This document shows, piece after piece, positions 10,799-18,372 of a stretch of 64,000 bases of DNA. The stretch's first letter is position 1. Every line of letters begins with the position of its first letter. Location: the NCBI GenBank assembly GCA_963677495.2, contig CAXXOU010000001.1, positions 768,001 through 832,000 on the forward strand, written 5' to 3'. The stretch comes from Candidatus Cloacimonadales bacterium. Lineage in GTDB: Bacteria; Cloacimonadota; Cloacimonadia; Cloacimonadales; JAFGVF01. A program made the translations under genes and the position numbers. The notes below the pieces were generated by a model. It searched no databases and had not been told where the DNA came from. It saw only the letters and a program-made list of their open reading frames with translations.

Positions 10799-12863
10799 CA
10801 ATATTCTCCATGAAGGTTTCTCTAGCATCATGTAACGCTTTACTATTTATTTGTGTGATTGATTGACGTCCATAGAACATCATATCAAGTGTCTTTATTC
10901 TGTGTTTAGGTAGTTTCTTTTTTATGTGATTAAGAAAATCACTATTTCCATAATTAAAAGTAACAATCAAACTATTGCTATGTCGCAAGAAATGAATTAG
11001 AGATTCCGCTGCTTGTTGAGAATATGCTATGTCTAAACTAGAATCTGGAGTCTCAAAAATAAACATGGTAGGGTTGACGTAGAATACATCAAGAAAGCTT
11101 AGTCTAAATGACTGTTCCATAAAAAATGATTGGGATTCAGATAATTCATCACTTGAGTTGCGTGGGATTTCATCAATTACTGGAATGTAAGACTCATAAT
11201 TTGGGTTGTAAACACTTTTATCAAATTTCAAATAGCAACTATACGGTAAGAATTTCTCCGCATAAGTTGTAAACAATTTTGATAAATCCTCTGTTAATCT
11301 AATTTTCTTGTCTCTAATATCTTCGTTTAGTTTGTCCAGTTTAGCTTGAGTTTCTTCCTTCTTAGTAATATAGAGGTTTCTTTCTTTCTCGATTTTCTTT
11401 ATTCGCTCAACAATGTAATTGTTATCAGAGATTTCTCCAAATGAACCATCGTTTATCCTAGAATGTTCAAGATTTCTAATTTCAAGGTTTAACTTGAATA
11501 ATCTTGTCTCTATATCCTTTGTCTGGTTATCTAAGGCTTCAAGTTGTTTTTTTGTTTGTTGCTTTTTGTCACGGGTTGCAACAATATTCTGATCTAATTT
11601 TGCTTTATTTTGTATCAGTAATTCAATATTTTTGGGTGCTACTTCATATTGCTTTTGTATTACTGAATCACAATAGAAACAGTTCATCAAATGCTTTTGC
11701 TGAGTAGCCAAGCTTTCATCGATATCTTGCATACAGAAAGGACATAATTTTTTTTCTTCGATATACTTTAAATAGGTGTGGTACCTCGGATCTAATTTAC
11801 TGAATATTTTACGGTCTCGTTCTGACCGATATTTTTGAATTTGAGCTTCTATTTCTCCACATTCAATCATTGTTTTTTCTAACTCAGAAGATAAAATTTT
11901 TCTCTGATTTTCCAATATATTCCTCTTCCCATCAATTTCTTTACTTTTTTCAATATAAGAAAGCTTTTTTTCTCTTAATTCTGAAACATTTGCAGATGAA
12001 TTAGTTCCCGTTTTGTTCATGTCTTCTAATAGTTTTCTAAGTGGTTTTCTATCTTCTGATAGATGTCTTATTCTACTATCAAAATACTTCTTGTCATGAC
12101 TATGTTTCTCAATCTCTATAGAAATATCAGTTAAGAGATATAATGTTAAATATTCTTGAATTGTAAGATCTGCGTTGTTTTTTTCTTCCCAAAAAATAGT
12201 GGATCTAGATTCATCAAAAACGAAAATGTTAATAATGAAGAAAATAAAAGCATCAAAACTAGGTAAATTTGTTAAGTCTTTAACACATTCTTCGTATTTA
12301 TACTGAATTGATTCTCTAAATCTTCTGACATCAAAAGAATCTTTAGAAGTTTTCTCATCATAGCCATTAGTAGAGTTAGTTCCATTGAACTTGTTAAAAA
12401 GTTCGTCATAATCTGCTTGTGGCAGAACTTCTCCATTTTCATTTTGAGAACTATTTTTTTGAATAAGTCTAAATTCAAGGAGCTTATGTTCATATAGACT
12501 TCTTACAACTTCTAGTTGAGAGTCTCCGATTCTAAATGTAACTAACACTTTAGCAGAAGGCTTGATTCCATATGCTTTCATCCTATTTTTGAAATAATCC
12601 CCATGTAAAGCTCTTCGTTTTATAATTCTCTTTTCTTTATAAGTCCTTTCGAATCTAGTATGAGTTCTGTATCCACCAATCAACGCATATTTGAGTATAT
12701 TTATGAAGGTCGTTTTCCCCATGCCATTTCCACCAATGACAAGGTTAATCCCATCAATAAAGTCATAATGAATGTCTTCTTTATAAAGGCTGTAATCAAT
12801 TATTGAAATGCTTTTTAGTGTAGGGAAAATTATTCTGTTATTAAAGACAACATCATTATCCAT
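10788..12863 (-). CDS. SMC/Rad50-like ABC ATPase with coiled coil and zinc hook
   Basis: Walker A GGNGMGKTT; long coiled coils around CPFC and CFYC; degenerate signature LSESQ; Walker B/D-loop FIFETPDSSLD. Confidence 0.88.
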   Translation of the reverse strand: MDNDVVFNNRIIFPTLKSISIIDYSLYKEDIHYDFIDGINLVIGGNGMGKTTFINILKYALIGGYRTHTRFERTYKEKRIIKRRALHGDYFKNRMKAYGIKPSAKVLVTFRIGDSQLEVVRSLYEHKLLEFRLIQKNSSQNENGEVLPQADYDELFNKFNGTNSTNGYDEKTSKDSFDVRRFRESIQYKYEECVKDLTNLPSFDAFIFFIINIFVFDESRSTIFWEEKNNADLTIQEYLTLYLLTDISIEIEKHSHDKKYFDSRIRHLSEDRKPLRKLLEDMNKTGTNSSANVSELREKKLSYIEKSKEIDGKRNILENQRKILSSELEKTMIECGEIEAQIQKYRSERDRKIFSKLDPRYHTYLKYIEEKKLCPFCMQDIDESLATQQKHLMNCFYCDSVIQKQYEVAPKNIELLIQNKAKLDQNIVATRDKKQQTKKQLEALDNQTKDIETRLFKLNLEIRNLEHSRINDGSFGEISDNNYIVERIKKIEKERNLYITKKEETQAKLDKLNEDIRDKKIRLTEDLSKLFTTYAEKFLPYSCYLKFDKSVYNPNYESYIPVIDEIPRNSSDELSESQSFFMEQSFRLSFLDVFYVNPTMFIFETPDSSLDIAYSQQAAESLIHFLRHSNSLIVTFNYGNSDFLNHIKKKLPKHRIKTLDMMFYGRQSITQINSKALHDARETFMENIDEQ

Positions 12864-12968
12864 TATACCCCCTGTATGACATTATAATCAATGATATATG
12901 AAAAATAATTAATAAGTAGATTATGTCAATCTATTTATGTGATTTAATAACTCTTCCCCCACTCACCC

Positions 12969-13060
12969 CACTATCATAATTCCCAACAAACACCCCACAA
13001 ATTTCTGTGAGTCTCTTGAGGGTCACTGGGGCTGGTTGATAAGTGAGTCTCTCGAAATTG
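12969..13060. repeat. Dispersed intergenic element, related to 42396-42498
   Basis: cactatcataat-N28-gagtctcttg-N22-aagtga-N7-gaaattg; the first two spacings are identical in the other copy. Confidence 0.65.
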
Positions 13061-13189
13061 GGTAGTTAGAGATAATTTTTTCATATTTATTATGATAGGG
13101 CATAGAGACCGCATATAATCAATGATTAGATGCATTTGTTATCTTTCAAATCTTTAAAAAATTGTGCTTTTATATACCGATTTATGCAA

Positions 13190-13212
13190 AACCGTAAGCT
13201 ACGTATAATAGA
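13190..13212 (+). promoter_or_regulatory. Conserved 23-bp motif aaccgtaagctacgtataataga (copy 2)
   Basis: Perfect inverted copy of 7681-7703; TATAAT at 13204-13209, directly before the REP array and the 151-aa gene. Confidence 0.75.
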
Positions 13213-13225
13213 AGGACATTTATTT

Positions 13226-13866
13226 TGGGCGACCCCATTAGGGTCGAGATTTGTATTACTCGGTTCCATGGGCTGAAGCCCATGGCTATTATAATGTTGC
13301 CCCTTCAGGGCATGAATACAATATTTGTGTAATTGCTCCATGGGCTAAGACCTTGGCTATTATAAGTTTGCCCCTTCAGGGCATGAATAAGATATTTGTG
13401 TAACTGCTCCATGGGCTAAGACCTTGGCTATTATAATGTTGCCCCTTCAGGGCATGAATACGATATTTGTGTAATTGTACCATGGGCTAAGCCCATGGCT
13501 ATTATAATGTTGCCCCTTCAGGGCATGAATACGATATTTGTGTAATTGTACCATGGGCTGAAGCCCATGGCTATTATAATGTTTCCCCTTCAGGGCATGA
13601 ATACGATATTTGTGTAATTGTTCCATGAGCTGAAGTCCATGGCAATATAAGGTTGTCCCGTTTAGACAAGAATGGGGAATAGATTATAACTATAAAATAA
13701 TTCCATATTAAGAACCCTAAATGGGTTCCATAACAATAGCCATAGGTTTCAACCTATGGAATAGAGATACCCCACACCTTAACCCTAAAAGGGTTATATA
13801 ATAATAGCCATAGGTTTCAACCTATGGGACAGGAACGCTCCCCATCCCAACCCTAAAGGGGTTGCC
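13226..13866. repeat. REP/REPIN-like palindromic cluster 1
   Basis: Six tandem 71-72-bp units starting at 13266, 13338, 13409, 13480, 13551 and 13623 (hairpins ccatgggc-tgaa-gcccatgg and gccc-cttca-gggc), then two inverted units (ccataggt-ttca-acctatgg); ends are inverted repeats. Confidence 0.92.
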
Positions 13867-13893
13867 TTTCAAATAAAAATAAAGGAGATCACA

Positions 13894-14349
13894 ATGAAAA
13901 TTAAACTCGCATGTTGGATTAAATCGGTATCAGGTAAACTGGACGATTTAGTGTTTTGTGTTGATAAAAAGACCGGTAATGTGTGGGTACGTGATTATGT
14001 AGTACCTGCAAGAACAGCTCAGAATACCTTAATGGGATTGGTTTCCAAGAATTTGGCTGTTTATAAGCAAAATGTTAGCGCAGGTTATTTCTCTGATTTA
14101 GAGGATTATTCAGATAAATACAACCTAGCGACGCTAGGTCAACCGGGTAGATTGAATAGTGCTTCTACCTTAAACAAGATGATGTATGCGTTGAAGAGAG
14201 CATATCCCGCAATAGATTTAGTTACAATTACCCCTCAATATGTGGTTGATCATAGTTTACCGATTCGTACAATCGCGGAAGCAATTGAAAATAATCTTCT
14301 CCCTCAAGTGCCACGATATGATGAGTTAGTACATCTCATTGTATCATAA
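13894..14349 (+). CDS. Hypothetical protein, paralogue of 6894..7355
   Basis: Same aaaggagatcacaATGa start context; about 30% identity by eye over the full length. Confidence 0.88.
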   Translation: MKIKLACWIKSVSGKLDDLVFCVDKKTGNVWVRDYVVPARTAQNTLMGLVSKNLAVYKQNVSAGYFSDLEDYSDKYNLATLGQPGRLNSASTLNKMMYALKRAYPAIDLVTITPQYVVDHSLPIRTIAEAIENNLLPQVPRYDELVHLIVS

Positions 14350-14377
14350 ATGTACTTGGCTTTCATATACTCCGACA

Positions 14378-14410
14378 AAATGCCCGGTTTGTTCCGGGCA
14401 TTTGTTTTTT
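14378..14410 (+). terminator. Intrinsic terminator of the 151-aa gene
   Basis: aaatgcccgg/ccgggcattt stem followed by gtttttt. Confidence 0.7.
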
Positions 14411-15030
14411 GGGGCGACCCCGTTAGGGTCGGGGATTTATTTTATACGTTTCCATGGGCTGAAGCCACATGGCTATTATAATGTTGTCCCTTTATACAAG
14501 AATTGGGTTGATCTGATTGTATCCATGGGTTGAAGTCAGGGTTATTGTAACGTTGTTCCGGGCATTTGTTTCTTGGGCGACCCCATTAGGGTCGGGGTTT
14601 CGTAAAATTCGTATCCATGGGCTGAAGTCACATGGCTATTATAATGTTGTCCCTTTAGGACAAGAATTGTGTTGATCCGATTGTATCCATGAGTTGAAGT
14701 CAGGGTTATTGTAATGTTGTTCCGGGCATTTGTTTCTTGGGCGACCCCATTAGGGTCGGGGTTTCGTAAAATTCGTATCCATGGGCTGAAGCCACATGGC
14801 TATTATAATGTTGCCACTTTAGGGCAAGAATTGTAGTTGATCTGATTGTATCCATGAGTTGAATCCATGGAAATTATAAGATTGTCCAGTTAGGGCATGA
14901 ACGTGGAATTTGTTGTAATTAAATATATCAATCCGTATAATGAACCCTGAATGGGTTCCATAATAATAGCCATAGGTTTCAACCTATGGAATTGATGCCC
15001 CCAGTCCTTCTACCCTAAAGGGGTAGCCCA
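14391..15030. repeat. REP/REPIN-like palindromic cluster 2, with a 164-bp higher-order triplication
   Basis: gttccgggcatttg recurs at 14391, 14555 and 14719; same hairpin units as cluster 1; inverted unit at about 14943-15030. Confidence 0.92.
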
Positions 15031-15125
15031 TTGTTTCATCTTAGCAAATATTGCAAAATAAAACCATCTTTCTTTGCTTGTAAACAACATTATATTATAT
15101 ACATCTGTAGAAATTTGGAGGAGAT

Positions 15126-15569
15126 ATGTCTACATATACGCAAATATTATATCACATTGTATTTAGCACAAAAGGACGTTATCGAACGTTGGAGCTATCG
15201 AAAAGAGAGGAAATTCTCAAATATGCCTGGGCAGTCTTGAAGAATAACAAATCATATGTTTACCAAATGAACATGATGGATGATCATTTTCATATTCTTT
15301 GTTCGATCCATCCACAGAAAAACCTATCGGATATGGTGAAGCTCATTAAGGCTTCGGTAGGGAATTGGATTAGGGATAACAATGTTTGCCCAAGATTTGC
15401 CGGTTGGCAAAACGGATATGGAGCATTTACAGTTGGGTGGAGTAACCGGGAACATTTAATCAAATATATAAAGGATCAGCAACAGCATCATAAGCGATTT
15501 ACATATGAGGTAGAATATCAGAAATTGTTGGATGATGCAGGGGTTGAATATAATAAAGAATATTTGTAA
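15126..15569 (+). mobile_element. tnpA: IS200/IS605-family Y1 (HUH) transposase, REP-associated (RAYT-like)
   Basis: YHIVFSTK.R, HUH motif DHFHIL, WQNGYGAF, catalytic YI..Q..HH; REP clusters on both sides; no tnpB. Confidence 0.93.
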
Positions 15570-15571
15570 TT

Positions 15572-15990
15572 TGGACGACCCCGTTAGGGTCGGGATTTCG
15601 TATGATCCGTTCCATGGGCTGAAGCCCATGGCTATTATAAGGTTGTCCCTTTAGGACAAGAATGCATTTTGGTTGGATTATGTTCCATGGGTTGAAACCA
15701 CATGGCTATTATAAGGTTGCCCTGTTAGGGCAAGAACACGATTTTTGTTAGATCTGTTTACGTGGGTGATGTTTATGGCTATAATAATGTTGCCTTGTTA
15801 GGGCTGGAAAATTGATCTGATGTTATTATATCGCATTTATTATAAAATAGAACGTTTATAATAAGATTTTCCAGGTAGGAATTCGCATGATCCCCACATC
15901 TTAACCCTGAAGGGGTTATTCTTATAATAGCCATAGGTTTCAACCTATGGAATTGATATCCCAAGACCTCAACCCTAAAGGGGTTGCCCA
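15572..15990. repeat. REP/REPIN-like palindromic cluster 3
   Basis: Starts tggacgaccccgttagggtcg and ends caaccctaaaggggttgccca; three forward units (the last decayed) and one inverted unit. Confidence 0.92.
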
Positions 15991-16048
15991 ATTCATTTAA
16001 ATCGAAAAGAATACCCGGATTGCTCCGGGCATTTCACTATACGACGTT

Positions 16049-16627
16049 CTATTCTATCTCTTCAATTAGCAGGTCAAAGTCATCATCCTTTTCAGGTTGA
16101 TATTCAATTATTGCCTTCAATAAGATAGTTTTCTTAATGTGCTTTGCAAGGATTGGACAATACTTTTCCAGTTTCTTTAGTGCACGTTTTATGGCAGTAT
16201 AGACCATATGATAAGTTTGAATAACAAGCTTATCCATGTTTGGTTCTTGATGAGACCATTTCCTAAGAAAGGCTTCAGTGTTAGCGATTTGATCCATTTC
16301 GAGATCATCGAAACGGGATGTATCATCTAGAGCTTGTTTCTTATACGTCCTTAGCTTTGTGAGTAGGTCAGCATTTTCTATCTGCTCCTCTCTTGCTAAG
16401 TCATAACATCTTGTAACATAATCAGCTTCCGTATCACTTGATACAGAATGGTGGTTGTTATGGGATTGGGAGTGCTCAAGGATAAAGAACAAGCGTTGAA
16501 GCTGGGTAGGTTGATTTGGATGAAGTAGAAGTTCTTCAATATACTTGAAACCATTAGTCTTCTTAATCGGTTTATCTTGTTCTTGCGTTATCCATGCATC
16601 ACGGGTAATCTTCAGGTCGTAAAACAT
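16049..16627 (-). CDS. Hypothetical protein, possible stand-alone DNA-binding/regulatory domain
   Basis: RBS gaggt; GFKYI..LL.HPNQ and VYTAIKRALKKL....P.LAKHI patterns recall C-terminal domains of some large ATPase regulators (from memory, unverified); hairpin at 16010-16034 after the stop. Confidence 0.7.
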   Translation of the reverse strand: MFYDLKITRDAWITQEQDKPIKKTNGFKYIEELLLHPNQPTQLQRLFFILEHSQSHNNHHSVSSDTEADYVTRCYDLAREEQIENADLLTKLRTYKKQALDDTSRFDDLEMDQIANTEAFLRKWSHQEPNMDKLVIQTYHMVYTAIKRALKKLEKYCPILAKHIKKTILLKAIIEYQPEKDDDFDLLIEEIE

Positions 16628-16991
16628 TTTTACCTCTTTGACTTAAACTTAGTTTAGTTAAGAGTCTTGGTAAACGGTATTGCAATCGTTTGCCTACACA
16701 GATTGCGATATTAACTCTATTCCCCGGTGTTGGGGAGACCTTACACGTAAAGATGTCCTAAAGGTTAGGACTTAAGGTCAGAGCAAGAATTCATAAAACC
16801 TCCAATGGATATGTTTAATATTATGCAATTTTAATTCCTTCGTAGATATATAATTATGGTGTTATTACGTGAATTGAGTCGGGTGCTGATTATAAGCAGG
16901 ATTATAGGTGACAAAAAAGATAGTTAACAGCTTGCAATAGTTGCTTATAACAAATATATTTTGTATACTTTGTTTACAATTGTATTGATTC

Positions 16992-17548
16992 TACCTTTAG
17001 AATGGTCACAGACCTTCTAAATGGTACTCTTGTAAAACAATTCCACCTTGTTCGAAGTGCGCCATTCGGAAGGTCTGTGACCATTCCGAAGGTACAGATT
17101 TCCAAACACTCACAAGACCGACCAGGGGGTGATTGGGTTACATACGTAAAACGGTCTCTGGACCGTTCGAATCTCGTCCGAGACTGACGAGTTATATAAA
17201 TACAAGAAATTAACCACGAAAAGCACAGAATATACGAAAATTGCTTTGAAAGCTATGTGCAAGTGGAGACACTCGCACTACGAGGGGCTCAACAATTTGA
17301 GCCCTAGGATGTGTCCAAATGGATAGTTTAGTCTGCAAACAATTTCTAGAGTTTGATTGTCATGAAACGAGGGTTCAAGATTTTGAACCCCTACTATATA
17401 GCTTTGCAAGCTATGTGCAAGTGGGGACACTCGCACTACGAGGGGTCTTTTTAGGAAGTCCGTTCTCCCGTTGGTCGTGACAAACTCCCTAAAAAGAGGT
17501 AGCTCAGCAGTCCCGGCTGAGGATAACGTCCCGGAGAGACGTTTTACG
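16992..17548. repeat. Mosaic of multiple distinct REP-like hairpins
   Basis: 33-bp inverted repeat 16992-17024/17062-17094; 45-bp direct repeat 17243-17287/17401-17445; inverted pairs 17284-17305/17370-17394 and 17145-17167/17525-17548. Confidence 0.85.
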
Positions 17549-17575
17549 GGGTTGGTGCATTCCAAAGTAAATCAC

Positions 17576-17605
17576 AAAAAAAGCCTACCGGAATCGGCAG
17601 GCTTA
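17576..17605 (-). terminator. Intrinsic terminator of the Mpv17-like gene
   Basis: aagcctaccg/cggcaggctt stem with an A run on the + strand (T run on the minus strand). Confidence 0.7.
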
Positions 17606-17625
17606 AAATATATTTAAGAACCTTA

Positions 17626-18168
17626 TTATTTCTTATTGGAGTTCATACCTAAGATAAGACCAAGAACAACTGACCATAGAGCAGCTAAACCAATCTGATA
17701 GGTTTTTGGAAGCATGAATGTGACTGTATGTGCAGGAATCCAAAACCAGATAAGACTCATCATGGCTTTATCCAAACCTTTCCAATTCTTCTCTTTGAGA
17801 GGAATATTATCAAGAACTCTGTGTCCGAGAACCAAGGTTAAACCAAACTGAAGGTTCATCAAGGCTGACACCATAAATGCGAAGGCAAAAGTTCCCGGAA
17901 CTATCTTATCAACCATACTTGGGAAGAAGTGATGGATAATGGCAGGTATCTGTCCTTCAGCGTATCCGACGAAGGCTCCTTTGATTAAAACAGCCAAAAT
18001 AACCCACTGAATCATCTTCCATAATGAGATCATTGGACTGAAGGGTAAAAATATTTTCTTGGCAAAAATCCATTTAGATATAAATTCGCCCAGAGTACCT
18101 AAAATGGCAAATTGAATCATAGCCATGTATATGGGATGAGCTTTAACTGCGGTAATGTACCAGTTCAT
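17626..18168 (-). CDS. Mpv17/PMP22-like membrane protein
   Basis: Four or five hydrophobic helices; FWIPAHTVTF.LP..YQI...ALWS pattern. Confidence 0.7.
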   Translation of the reverse strand: MNWYITAVKAHPIYMAMIQFAILGTLGEFISKWIFAKKIFLPFSPMISLWKMIQWVILAVLIKGAFVGYAEGQIPAIIHHFFPSMVDKIVPGTFAFAFMVSALMNLQFGLTLVLGHRVLDNIPLKEKNWKGLDKAMMSLIWFWIPAHTVTFMLPKTYQIGLAALWSVVLGLILGMNSNKK

Positions 18169-18372
18169 ATTGTCTCCTGTATATTATTAATGCTAAATGA
18201 CGGAGTCGAAAAAATGTCTAATGCGTCAAGCAATTAATATTTGATTGAGTTACCTTAGAGGAGGATATCGGTTAACTTATTAGGAACGATAATTTAAGTA
18301 GTAGTGTTGCAAGATGCAACGGATTATATTTTTAACCATACTTTAAGGAACTTGTTTTTAACAGGAGGAAGA

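Noticed and set aside
9096..12863. Dnd phosphorothioation or SbcCD/Wadjet assignment for the ATPase operon
   Set aside because: No PAPS-reductase DndC, DndB/E or cysteine desulfurase, no SbcD phosphoesterase, and no JetA/JetD-like genes; only the generic SMC-like fold is supported.
13198..13225. dif/Xer site
   Set aside because: Only a XerC-like half (gctacgtataa) is present; neither copy has a XerD arm like ttatgttaaat.
15126..15569. IS605-type element with TnpB/omega RNA
   Set aside because: No RuvC or zinc-finger ORF adjacent; both flanks are REP clusters.
13226..15990. CRISPR array
   Set aside because: The sequences between the palindromes are near-identical rather than unique spacers, the arrays include inverted units, no cas genes are present, and a Y1 transposase explains them as REPs.
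13126..15991. Short ORFs 13126..13341, 14339..14533, 15031..15240 and 15779..15991
   Set aside because: They are translations of REP repeats or overlap tnpA; no credible RBS or domain.
17002..17565. ORFs 17002..17187 and 17278..17565; also tmRNA (gggggtga at 17125) or RNase P (aggaagtcc near 17453)
   Set aside because: The ORFs run through hairpin repeats. No tRNA-like 3' end or TTCGA arm for tmRNA; the other RNase P conserved regions are missing and the span is too short.
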